From Macrostomum lignano (Eukaryota): a stretch of 64,000 bases of DNA. Both the position numbers and the translations under genes were made by a program. The first letter of the stretch is position 1. Each line of letters opens with the position of its first letter. The notes beneath the pieces were generated by a model. The model did not search any database, was not told where the DNA came from, and saw nothing but the letters and a program-made list of their open reading frames with translations. The stretch spans positions 868,001 to 932,000 of the forward strand of contig NIVC01000027.1 of the NCBI GenBank assembly GCA_002269645.1, written 5' to 3'. Of the stretch, positions 1 through 11,940 are shown one piece after another.

Positions 1-701
1 ACCCACCTCATTCTGCATCATTTAGAGGTGCCAGCCTCCTCACTGCACAGGCTCTGAGCAGCTCATTGTGCCTCCGTACTGACCGCCTTCTGCTCTGCTA
101 AACAAAAAAATTGACCTATTATCTCAGCTGCACCACTTTGGACTGCCCTTGTCTTGGGGAGGTTGCTTGCTTACTTTAAACTTGGGCCTGTTCCGTGGGC
201 CTCCGTGTAAATTGTGTACCCCACCCCACTCCCTTGCGCCCTCTTTTTGTCCGCGCCCCCTCCGCTGCCTGCCGAGGGTCTTTCACCCCTTATTTTCAGG
301 CTCAGCCTTGTCTGTGTGTAATTGCTCTGACTGCACCACTTCGGACTGCCTTTGGCTTGTGAAGGTTGCTTAGTAACTCTTCAGAGCACCGCTCACTGCA
401 CTCTCCTCTTACGTGATGGAGAAGTACACTTGATAGGCTGCTCACCTGCTAAAGCTGCTCAGCAATGAAATCAACTGATTCCCCATCCAGCATCCACTCT
501 GCCTGCAGCCTCTGCATTTTCCAGCTCAGGTTCCATTAGCCACCAGCTCGGTGCCTGTCCAGGACAGTGCGGGACTCACATATGGGCTGATTTTGGATTC
601 CACACAGTTTATCTGTGCACTGCGGCTGCCTGTCTTATTTATTGCTTTTTGCATTCGGTGACCGGCACTTCAACATTTCACTGCTGAGATTGTCAACTCG
701 A

Positions 702-2969
702 CAGCTCAGCTTCTCTATTCTCCATCAGATCCCAGCTCAGCTTCTCTCTTCTCCATCAGATCCCAGCTCAGCTTCTCTATTCTCCATCAGATCCCAGCTC
801 AGCTTCTCTCTTCTCCATCAGATCCCAGCTCAGCTTCTCCATTCTCCATCACATCCCAGCTCAGCTTCTCTATTCTCCATCAGATCCCAGCTCAGCTTCT
901 CTATTCTCCATCAGATGCCAGCTCAGCTTCTCCATTCTCCATCACATCCCAGCTCAGCTTCTCTATTCTCCATCAGATCCCAGCTCAGCTTCTCTATTCT
1001 CTATCAGATCCCAGCTCAGCTTCTCTATTCTCCATCACATCCCAGCTCAGCTTCTCTATTCTCCATCAGATCCCAGCTCAGCTTCTCTATTCTCCATCAG
1101 ATCCCAGCTCAGCTTCTCTATTCTCTATCAGATCCCAGCTCAGCTTCTCTATTCTCCATCACATCCCAGCTCAGCTTCTCTATTCTCCATCAGATGCCAG
1201 CTCAGCTTCTCCATTCTCCATCACATCCCAGCTCAGCTTCTCTATTCTCCATCAGATCCCAGCTCAGCTTCTCTATTCTCCATCAGATGCCAGCTCAGCT
1301 TCTCCATTCTCCATCACATCCCAGCTCAGCTTCTCTATTCTCCATCAGATCCCAGCTCAGCTTCTCTATTCTCCATCAGATGCCAGCTCAGCTTCTCTAT
1401 TCTCCATCACATCCCAGCTAAGCTTCTCTATTCTCCATCAGATCCCAGCTCAGCTTCTCTATTCTCCATCACATCCCAGCTCAGCTTCTCTATTCTCCAT
1501 CAGATGCCAGCTCAGCTTCTCCATTCTCCATCAGATCCCAGCTCAGCTTCTCTATTCTCTATCAGATCCCAGCTCAGCTTCTCTATTCTCTATCAGATCC
1601 CAGCTCAGCTTCTCCATTTTCCATCAGATCCCAGCTCAGCTTCTCTATTCTCCATCAGATGCCAGCTCAGCTTCTCTATTCTCCATCAGATCCCAGCTCA
1701 GCTTCTCTATTCTCCATCAGATGCCAGCTCAGCTTCTCTATTCTCCATCAGATCCCAGCTCAGCTTCTCTATTCTCCATCACATCCCAGCTCAGCTTCTC
1801 TATTCTCCATCAGATCCCAGCTCAGCTTCTCTATTCTCCATCAGATGCCAGCTCAGCTTCTCCATTCTCCATCACATCCCAGCTCAGCTTCTCTATTCTC
1901 CATCAGATGCCAGCTCAGCTTCTCTATTCTCCATCAGATGCCAGCTCAGCTTCTCTATTCTCCATCAGATGCCAGCTCAGCTTCTCCATTCTCCATCACA
2001 TCCCAGCTCAGCTTCTCTATTCTCCATCAGATCCTAGCTCAGCTTCTCTATTCTCCATCAGATCCCAGCTCAGCTTCTCTATTCTCCATCACATCCCAGC
2101 TCAGCTTCTCTATTCTCCATCAGATCCTAGCTCAGCTTCTCTATTCTCCATCAGATCCCAGCTCAGCTTCTCTATTCTCCATCAGATCCCAGCTCAGCTT
2201 CTCCATTCTCCATCACATCCCAGCTCAGCTTCTCTATTCTCCATCAGATCCTAGCTCAGCTTCTCTATTCTCCATCAGATCCCAGCTCAGCTTCTCTATT
2301 CTCCATCACATCCCAGCTCAGCTTCTCTATTCTCCATCAGACCCTAGCTCAGCTTCTCTATTCTCCATCAGATCCCAGCTCAGCTTCTCTATTCTCCATC
2401 AGATCCCAGCTCAGCTTCTCCATTCTCCATCACATCCCAGCTCAGCTTTTCTATTCTCCATCACATCCCAGCTCAGCTTCTCTATTCTCCATCAGATCCC
2501 AGCTCAGCTTCTCTATTCTCCATCACATCCCAGCTCAGCTTCTCTATTCTCCATCAGATCCCAGCTCAGCTTCTCTATTCTCCATCAGATGCCAGCTCAG
2601 CTTCTCCATTCTCCATCACATCCCAGCTCAGCTTCTCTATTCTCCATCAGATCCCAGCTCAGCTTCTCTATTCTCCATCAGATGCCAGCTCAGCTTCTCT
2701 ATTCTCTATCAGATCCCAGCTCAGCTTCTCCATTTTCCATCAGATCCCAGCTCAGCTTCTCTATTCTCCATCACATCCCAGCTCAGCTTCTCCATTCTCC
2801 ATCACATCCCAGCTCAGCTTCTCTATTCTCCATCAGATCCCTGCTCAGCTTCTCTATTCTCCATCAGATGCCAGCTCAGCTTCTCTATTCTCTATCAGAT
2901 CCCAGCTCAGCTTCTCTATTCTCCATCAGATCCCTGCTCAGCTTCTCTATTCTCAATCAGATCCCAGCT
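702..2969. repeat. 31-bp minisatellite (CAGCTCAGCTTCTCTATTCTCCATCAGATCC), about 73 copies
   Basis: Unit read directly from the sequence. The overlapping long ORFs at 615-3017 are translations of this repeat. Confidence 0.97.
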
Positions 2970-3974
2970 TGGACCCCCAGTCTTCGCCCAATAACATTAG
3001 TTTTCTCCAGTTTCTAGAAAGCTAAAGAAGCCAAAAGTGCAGCTGGTCGCAAACCCACTGGAGGGCTGCTTAGAGGGAGGGTGACTACCCCCCCCCCCAG
3101 CTTGAGCCAACCCTCCAGTGCGCAGGGGCTCCGGTGCAGTGCTGCAATGCGCTGCCATGAGCTGCATTTTTTGCTTAGCAGCTGCTGAGCACTGCTGTGT
3201 CTCAGAAGGACAAAATCCATTCAAATACCTGCTGTTGGAGGCTGCGAGCTCAGCCTCACCTCATTCTGCATCAGTTAAAACTGCCTGCCCCTTAACTGCA
3301 GAGGCTCTGAGCAGCTCATTGTGCTTCCGTATTGAGCATCTTTGCAAAGCACTGCTCACTGACCTCTCAGCTCTTGGGCAGTCTGGGGCACTGGGGCACT
3401 CGAAAGCGGTGTGCCTCTCTCACCTGCTGCATGTTCAAGCTCTGCTCTTCAGTCTCGAGCAGCTTGATAAATTTACAAAATGACAAATTCGAAACTAATG
3501 GCTCATAAAATTTAACAGCATTAGCAGCCGCTGTGTAACTGATGGAGAATGGAGATCATAAGCTGCAACGGAGAATGAGTTGAGGCATCTCAGAGCTGCA
3601 GTTTCTGTGCATTGGGCGGTGGCAACTCTCTGTCTCCCCGCCTCCTCTGCACCTGCCGCCAACCTGCTTAATTAGCAAGCACTTCTCAGCCATAGCTCAG
3701 CCTAAATAGTGAGCTTCATTGTCTTTCCGTGGGTTTCTACTCTCTAAAACCCCCGCTATTTATGCATAGCTTAGCTGAGAGGCAAATGAAGAATGCTCGA
3801 CACCTCGTTTCTAACACACCAGTCTGCACTTTTTTATATTTGAGTTCGGCAGCTGACAAAAAAACATTATTTTAACATTTTGTGAGCCTGAGTCCAGGGA
3901 AGCCAGTTTAATAACAATAAATTAAACTTTGTATCAAAATCAAGTCTTCGGAAGGTTAGATTAAGTTTTGTGTC

Positions 3975-4397
3975 AAAACAAGATCTACTAAAGGCTATAT
4001 TAAAGTTTGTATTCAAACAAAATCTACTAAAGGCTATATTAAAGTTTGTATTAAAACAAGATCTACTAAAGGCTATATTAAAGTTTGTATTAAAACAAAA
4101 TCTACTAAAGGCTAGATTAAAGTTTGTAGTAAAACAAGATCTACTAAAGGCTAGATTAAAGTTTGTAGTAAAACAAGATCTACTAAAGGCTAGATTAAAG
4201 TTTGTAGTAAAACAAGATCTACTAAAGGCTAGATTAAAGTTTGTAGTAAAACAAGATCTACTAAAGGCTAGATTAAAGTTTGTAGTAAAACAAGATCTAC
4301 TAAAGGCTAGATTAAAGTTTGTAGTAAAACAAGATCTACTAAAGGCTAGATTAAAGTTTGTAGTAAAACAAAATCTACTAAAAGCTATATTAAACTT
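3975..4397. repeat. 39-bp minisatellite (AAAACAAGATCTACTAAAGGCTAGATTAAAGTTTGTAGT), about 11 copies
   Basis: Direct tandem periodicity; explains ORF 3970-4440. Confidence 0.95.
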
Positions 4398-4699
4398 TGT
4401 CTCAACCCCAAATGAGATGATGGGGTGGGTGCAAAGCTAGAGGTACTACAAAGGCCACAATAAAAAAGTGGCGTAGGATCGGCTTATAGGATAAAATTTT
4501 CAGTATTATTCAAGGCTGAAACTCCTCAAGCCGCATCAGCTTTCAACCACAAGAAGGAAAAAAATCCCTGCAAAGCCTCTAAACAGCAGGCGAAAGCAGT
4601 CTATGCTGAACATGGCGTGAGCAGAACGGGTTTGCTGAGATTCAAACGGCTGTTGGATCTGAATTAAAGCAAACCAACAATCAATTAGATCAGTTTACG

Positions 4700-7600
4700 T
4701 CATTTCCTTGCGCCAAACAGCGAGCTCAGGAATCCTTTTTTCAGCTTCCTGTCCGTCAGGAACTCGTGCTCCAGCAGCTCCACTGCGGGTCTTCTCCTCC
4801 GACAGTCCTTGGCGGTGCAGCGGCTGTAGAAATCCCTCAGCTCTGCGGACCGGCCGTCCGGCAGGGCGGGGGCGCCCCTTCTGTCGATGAGCTGGGTCAT
4901 TTCTATGAAGCTTCCAACGTTCGCGAACGGCCTCAGTCCGGACGTCATCTCAAAGACCGAGCAGCCGAACGCCCAGATGTCCGACTCTCTGCTGTACTGC
5001 ACGCTGTCCGACTCTCCCGCTCCGAGCAGCTCTGGCGCCATGAAGTTCAGAGTGCCTTTGGGTGACTGAGTGGAGGCTGACATGTGGCTGACTGACTCCA
5101 GCTTGATTGACAGGCCGAAGCCGATCAGCTTGATTCGCGTGTTGTCAGCACAAACAATTATGTTGGAGCAGTTGATGTCTCTGTGGATCACGGGCGGCTG
5201 CCGGCTATGCAGGTAGAGCAGCGCGCGGCAGATCTGCGAGCGGTCGGTCAGTGAGCAGTCATCATTCATGGGAACATGGAACAGGAGCATCAAGGATGCA
5301 CAATGCTCACCTGCTCGCTGAAGTCTCGAATCTTTGGCTCGTCCAGCGGCTTGTTGTCGATAAACCTCTCCAAGCTTCGGCCGTCCAGCAGCTCCATGAA
5401 CACAACGACTGTGGCGGGCTCCGGCTGAGCGATGTGCAAGAACCTGACGATGTTGGGATGCTGCAGTCGGCACAGGTTTCTCTCGCTATCGACAGCTCTC
5501 TGAATTTCTGTGCTCACAGAGGGCAGCTCATCACCGAGCTGCACCGGCAGTCTGAGAGTCTTGGCAGCGCACATGACGCCCGTGTCAGTTCGAACTTCGT
5601 GGATTTCGCCGAAGCCTCCGCGGAAAATGAGGCGAACGGCGTCCCAGCGCTTCAGGAACGGGGGGCCTACGGGTCTGAGGGGATGCGAATTGAGGCAAAG
5701 AGGGATAATTTGCATGCTGTAGCTGTGTGCTGTAGCTGTGTGTGCTGTAGCTGTGTGCTGTAGCTGTGCTGTAGCTGTGTGTGCTGTAGCTGTGTGTGCT
5801 GTAGCTGTGTGTGCTGTAGCTGTGTGTGCTGTAGCTGTGTGTGCTGTAGCTGTGTGCTGTAGCTGTGTGTGCTGCAGCTGTGTGTGCTGTAGCTGTGTGT
5901 GCTGTAGCTGTGTGTGCTGTAGCCGTGTGCTGTAGCTGTGTGCTGTAGCTGTGTGTGCTGTAGCTGTGTGTGCTGTAGCCGTGTGCTGTAGCTAACTTAC
6001 GGGGACTCGTTGAAGAAGTTCCTCTCTTCAAAGCTGAAACAGGCGATAAAAAAGGAATACATTTTAAAAGAGAAATCACAAATCATAAAGAGCTCAGAGA
6101 CACAGGTACAAGTCAGAGAGACAATATTTATTGCTTATGGAAACTCACCCACGCAGCAGCTCAGCCAGTTTGCTTCTTCGATTCTTTGTAGCCAAATCCA
6201 GCGCAGTCTCACCCTGACAGTCCTTCAGGCTCCAATCCGCCCCTGAGTCCAGCAGAACCCGACCGACTGCATCGGCGGTGTCGGGGGGCGCCCAGATGGC
6301 TGCCTGCATAAGCGGCGTGAATTCATACAGAGCCCTGGCATTGGCGGAGGCTCCGGCAGCCAGCAGAGCGGAGGCTGCGGCAGAATTACCAGCCCTGGCT
6401 GCAAGGTGCAGGCAACTGTCAGCCGATACATTCGCACAGGTGGGGTCACCCAGCTGCACAAGCTGCCGCCACAGAGCCTCATCACTGCACGAGCTGTTCT
6501 GAGCTGCCTGCATCAATGTGGTTAATCCCCATCCCTCAGGCAGGTCACAGCTTCCGCTGGTCACCTCTCGTCGATTTGCCTCCTCCTGCAAAGGCGAGTG
6601 GGAAATTTGAGCACAGCTGCTTAGCTGCAGCCGCATCGGCACCGCATATGCCACTTACCTGAGCTGTCAAACCGGAGATCCTGCCACCTGCATCCACAAC
6701 CAGCCGCATCTCCCTGCAACAGCAAAATGAGCAGCGAATTTGCAATTTTCTTAAATCGGCCAACTATGATGGCCAAAATTAAATTCTAGAAATTCCGAAA
6801 TTTCTGAGCTGCTCGCAGATGGAGTCGCCAAGAGGACTGCAGCAGTTCTGCTATAATCAGCATTGGAGAGAGCGCATCCGACCTTTCACACGCAGCCGAT
6901 TGCTACAAAATTGGACACAGCAGCGAACTGCTCACTCACCGCTCAATGTAGCTGGCCAGCTCTGAGTGGCCGCTGAGCCTCGCCAGGTCCGCCGCCGTCC
7001 GACTCTCGCGATCCTCCAGACCGAGCAGCCGCGACCTCTTCGAGTTTCCGTGATTTATACACTCATTGAACCTCATCTGCCTGAGCAGGTGCAGCAGGTG
7101 CTTGGCGCATTTCCAGCTTCCAGTCCGCGCCGCCTCCATCAGCGGAGTGGCGCCGTTGTCGTTCCGCAGCCACTTCGCATCGAACGACAGCAGCGTCAGC
7201 AGCCGCAGGTGGTCCCGCCGGGCTGCCAGGTGCGCAGCCGTGTCGCCGTTCGCGTCAGCCGCCTTGGGGTTCACGCCCAGCCTAAATAAGTACAAGATGC
7301 ACTTTTCAGTGTGCACGGGACTCTCAGGAGCGTCGGCAACCTGCATGAGGACGGTCCGACGAGTTGCATCAGCGCTGGTGACCAGCTGGCGCGTCGCCAG
7401 CCGCCGCACCTGGTCGAAGTCACCTCGGATGACGTCGTTGGCGAGATTCTCGAGAGCGGCTGGTGAGTCTCCGACGATTGCCCGGTTGTTGGGGTCCGGC
7501 TGAGTGAGTTCCTGAAACTGAAATTGAGGCACCCAAGCTGCACATTCAAACATGTGAGTGAGTTCCTGCAACTGCAGCTGAGGCACCCAAGCTGCACATT

Positions 7601-8913
7601 CAAACATGTGAGTGAGTTCCTGCAACTGCAATTGAGGCACCCAAGCTGCACATTCAAACATGTGAGTGAGTTCTTGCAACTGCAGCTGAGGCACCCAAGC
7701 CGCACATTCAAACATGTGAGTGAGTTCCTGCAACTGCAATTGAGGCACCCAAGCTGCACATTCAAACATGTGAGTGAGTTCCTGCAACTGCAATTGAGGC
7801 ACCCAAGCTGCACATTCAAACATGTGAGTGAGTTCCTGCAACTGCAATTGAGGCACCCAAGCTGCACATTCAAACATGTGAGTGAGTTCCTGCAACTGCA
7901 ATTGAGGCACCCAAGCTGCACATTCAAACACGTGAGTGAGTTCCTGCAACTGCGATTGAGGCACCCAAGCTGCACATTCAAACATGTGAGTGAGTTCCTG
8001 CAACTGCAATTGAGGCACCCAAGCTGCACATTCAAACATGTGAGTGAGTTCCTGCAACTGCAATTGTGGCACCCAAGCTGCACATTCAAACATGTGAGTG
8101 AGTTCCTGCAACTGCAATTGAGGCACCCAAGCTGCACATTCAAACATGTGAGTGAGTTCCTGCAACTGCAATTGAGGCACCCAAGCTGCACATTCAAACA
8201 CGTGAGTGAGTTCCTGCAACTGCGATTGAGGCACCCAAGCTGCACATTCAAACATGTGAGTGAGTTCCTGCAACTGCGATTGAGGCACCCAAGCTGCACA
8301 TTCAAACATGTGAGTGAGTTCCTGCAACTGCAATTGAGGCACCCAAGCTGCACATTCAAACATGTGAGTGAGTTCCTGCAACTGCAATTGTGGCACCCAA
8401 GCTGCACATTCAAACATGTGAGTGAGTTCCTGCAACTGCAATTGAGGCACCCAAGCTGCACATTCAAACATGTGAGTGAGTTCCTGCAACTGCAATTGAG
8501 ACACCCAAGCTGCACATTCAAACATGTGAGTGAGTTCCTGCAACTGCAATTGAGGCACCCAAGCTGCACATTCAAACACGTGAGTGAGTTCCTGCAACTG
8601 CGATTGAGGCACCCAAGCTGCACATTCAAACATGTGAGTGAGTTCCTGCAACTGCGATTGAGGCACCCAAGCTGCACATTCAAACATGTGAGTGAGTTCC
8701 TGCAACTGCAATTGAGGCACCCAAGCTGCACATTCAAACATGTGAGTGAGTTCCTGCAACTGCAATTGTGGCACCCAAGCTGCACATTCAAACATGTGAG
8801 TGAGTTCCTGCAACTGCAATTGAGGCACCCAAGCTGCACATTCAAACATGTGAGTGAATTCCTGTAGCACTTACTTTTTCAAACGGAAATCCAATAATCG
8901 ATTGGTTTGACAT
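4700..8913 (-). CDS. Ankyrin-repeat protein with C-terminal STE/MAP3K-like kinase fold (probable pseudokinase). 7 exons: 8913-8875, 7511-6940, 6713-6659, 6585-6149, 6033-6001, 5674-5311, 5233-4700; 677 aa
   Basis: All six introns are GT-AG with matching phases (0,2,0,2,2,0), and 2034 nt gives an open frame. Ankyrin motifs: GDTAAHLAARRDH, GATPLMEAARTG, SCLHLAARAGN, FTPLMQAA, GETALDLA. Kinase motifs: RGGFGEI, CAAK, LQHPNIVRF, HRDINCSN, GFG, GTLNFMAPE, SDIWAFGC. Confidence 0.85.
5715..5992. repeat. 13-15 bp simple repeat (GCTGTAGCTGTGTGT)n in kinase intron 5
   Basis: Direct; begins a few nt after the minus-strand donor at 6000. Confidence 0.93.
7501..8866. repeat. 54-bp minisatellite, 25 full copies plus a partial, filling kinase intron 1; each unit carries a copy of the exon 2 acceptor
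   Basis: Units start at 7501+54n up to 8851. On the minus strand each unit reads ...CAATTGCAGTTGCAG|GAACTCACTCA. Confidence 0.96.
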
Positions 8914-9474
8914 TTCCAATAACTCGGTGCTTGCAGTCACATGTGTCTCAGCTCAGAGCAGCTCAGAGCGTCGGTCTCAACCGCAGCAGATTTTATAGGC
9001 GGCAGAAGGAGCTGCAATGCATGGTAGCTTTTGTTAGAATTGTTTTGTGCTACTTACAGCAGTAGACTTGTATGCTTTTGACGGAAGCAATTGTGCAATC
9101 ATGTGCAACTTCTAGGCATGGAGTAGACAGGGTTATTTATTTCAAACTATCAAAGTTAGCTCGAATACGGTTGTATATTGCAGTAAAGGGATACCGAAAT
9201 TCAAAAGCAATTACTGCTAGTAAGTTTTTTAAATTGTCTGAGACTTGAAGCTGTGGCTTGCAATTCCTAGTATTTCGCGTCCACTAGGAGCGCAGTGGCT
9301 CAGAGCACTAACGAACAACGTGCAATTTTTTCGGCCATCATGCATATCTTCTTTTGATGAAAAATATTCGAATTGGAAGTGGGTCAAATATTCGAAAAAC
9401 TATTTTTAATGCTTTTAATAGGCGCCCCGTTTCTAAATTTCATTGCTCAGTTCAACAATTTAGGCCTCTCCTTG

Positions 9475-10907
9475 GGGTCTACGAACGTTGCCAGCCGGAA
9501 AGTTGCCAGCCGGAAAGTTGCCAGCCGGAAAGTTGCCAGCCGGAAAGTTGCCAGCCAAGAAAATTTTCAGCTAGAGAGATACCAGCTCAGAATTTCATCA
9601 GCTGTCTAATTCAATTATAATCAATTGAAGAGCTAAAGTAAACATTTTTATTCGATTAGGCTGCATAAAAGACCTGCATTTTAAAAAAATTCAGCAGTTG
9701 AATACATGTGGCAGTTGAGCTCAATTTTGCTTGGTAATAATAATATAATTGCACAATTTCTAAAGAGTAAATGTATACTATAAAGCTAATAAACTGCATC
9801 CTCCCTAAAGACTGGAGAAGGCTAAGGCCAACCCACCCCAATCCGCTACACCGCCAACCAATCATAGCCAAGCGCCCCACTTTCATTCCCCCGCCTGCGA
9901 TTTTCTCACATCAGTTAACTCTTCCTGCGTGGCAGCGCCGGCCCCTAGCGTTCCACTCAGCCGAGGATAAGGGGGTGGGGGTTCCGAGGGGTTTGTCTAG
10001 GGGGTGGGGGTTCCGAGGGTTTTGTCTAGGGGGTGGGGTTCTGAGGGGTTTGTCTAGGGGTGGGGGTTCTGAGGGGTTTGTCTAGGGGGTGGGGGTTCTG
10101 AGGGGTTTGTCTAGGGGGTGGGGGTTCTGAGGGGTTTGTCTAGGGGGTGGGGGTTCTGAGGGGTTTGTCTAGGGGGTGGGGGTTCTGAGGGGTTTGTCTA
10201 GGGGGTGGGGGTTCTGAGGGGTTTGTCTAGGGGTGGGGTTCTGAGGGGTTTGTCTAGGGGGTGGGGGTTCTGAGGGGTTTGTCTAGGGGGTGGGGGTTCT
10301 GAGGGGTTTGTCTAGGGGTGGGGGTTCTGAGGGGTTTGTCTAGGGGGGGGGTTCTGAGGGGTTTGTCTAGGGGGTGGGGGTTCTGAGGGGTTTGTCTAGG
10401 GGGTGGGGGTTCTGAGGGGTTTGTCTAGGGGGTGGGGGTTCTGAGGGGTTTGTCTAGGGAATGGGGGTTCTGAGGGGTTTGGCTGACTGTCCTTCCTTGC
10501 CTTCTCTTAGCTTTCTAAAGACATGTAGTCATGTATAGTAATATGTGTTATCAATTATTAAAAATTAGTAGTGCCATATATAATTACATGCGTACCAAGC
10601 AAAACTGAGCTCAACTGCTTCAATCATTTTGCAACAAAATATGCAGGACGCAAGTATACTCTTGTTTTTAGCCACATGTACCGTTTTCAATTGCTAAACG
10701 TTTTTTAAACACGTTTCTGCAGCGCCGCATAATCGAATAAATAAATATATTAGTATACTTCAGTCTTTAACTGTTAAAATTTAATATTTATTATTGTAAC
10801 ATTAGACAGCTGATGAAATTCTGAGCTGTTATCTCTCTTGCTGCAAATTTTCTCGGCTGGCAAAGTTCTTGGCTGGCAACTTTCCGGCTGGCAAAGTTCG
10901 TGCTCCC
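9475..10907. mobile_element. Non-autonomous DNA transposon with long imperfect TIRs (Mutator/foldback-like), 9-bp TSD CTCTCCTTG
   Basis: 9481-9610 is the reverse complement of 10801-10901 (15-bp GCCAGCCGGAAAGTT subrepeats, then CAGCTCAGAATTTCATCAGCTGTCTAAT), with patchy similarity to about 9830/10490. Termini are GGG...CCC. CTCTCCTTG lies at 9466-9474 and 10908-10916. No transposase ORF. Confidence 0.75.
9972..10480. repeat. G-rich 29-bp minisatellite (GGGGGTGGGGGTTCTGAGGGGTTTGTCTA), about 17 copies, inside the TIR element
   Basis: Direct. Confidence 0.95.
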
Positions 10908-10927
10908 CTCTCCTTGGCCAATGTACA

Positions 10928-11075
<148 letters not shown>

Positions 11076-11694
11076 CCAGTTCCCTTACCCCGTTGTCCTT
11101 AGCGTCTCCGCCCGGTTTCTGTCTGTTAATTTTCTAAGAGCAGACTTGGAAAAGGCAGGACTTAGTCCGGAGGGCCCACCCAGCCTGGTCTCAGCCTCAT
11201 CCCGGGTGGGTGCTCAGTCTTTCTACGGCTGACAAAAACTGGCGGAGAAAATTTTGAGCAGTGGGCAGCGGTGGGGCGAAGGCGGCCGGGCGGCGGGTGG
11301 GGACAGCTCAGTTTGTTTAAGACAAAAGGCGCGGGTCGGGAGGCTGGGCTGCTCAACGGAGTTCGGTTGGCTGTTGCCAAGGAATATCGGCCCAGGTTTT
11401 CATTAGCAACTCCGCCAGTGCCGCCCTCCGCCTTCTGCCCTGCCCGCCCGGCCAGCAATAGAGGAGAGGGGAGCTGGCAGAACGGGGAGAGAAAGAACTG
11501 AGGAGAGAAGGTTGAGAAGCTGCTCCCCAATAGTCTTTGCGGACTTGCCCGGCTTTTGTGCATCCCCCCCTGACTGCGTCTCCATCACAAACTCTTCCCC
11601 AAAGAGTGCAGCTGCGGCCGCTGAGACAGGAGTAGAATAAGCGGAACCCAAGCAACTCTGAGGCTGGGAAACTTCTGTGGCTGCCTGAGTGAGA

Positions 11695-11890
11695 CCTGTC
11701 CGCTCATTGTCTCACTTCGCCTTCTCAACCAGGTGAGTCTGTGATCCCCATCTGTGTGAGTCCACCTGTCCCCTCACTGTGTCTCACTTTGCCTTCTCAA
11801 CTAGGTGAGTCTGTGATCCCCCATCTGTGTGAGTCCACCTGTCCGCTCACTGTGTCTCACTTTGCCTTCTCAACCAGGTGAGTCTGCCGT
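11695..11890 (+). repeat. About 71-bp unit, 2.6 copies, each containing TTGCCTTCTCAACYAG|GTGAGT, just upstream of the TRPV start codon
   Basis: Direct; three pyrimidine-tract-YAG-GTGAGT motifs. Confidence 0.85.
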
Positions 11891-11940
11891 CCTCAGCCGT
11901 GAGTCCGTGAATACGCCTGCCACGCGCCCATGAGAGGCCC

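Noticed and set aside
615-3017. Long ORFs (268, 452, 177 aa) of PAQLLHSPS repeats
   Set aside because: Translations of a 31-bp repeat cycling through frames; no non-repetitive coding context.
7524-8867. 447-aa plus-strand ORF and 524-aa alternative minus-frame ORF
   Set aside because: Stop-free frames of the 54-bp unit. Only the frame continuous with ankyrin exon 2 has biological support.
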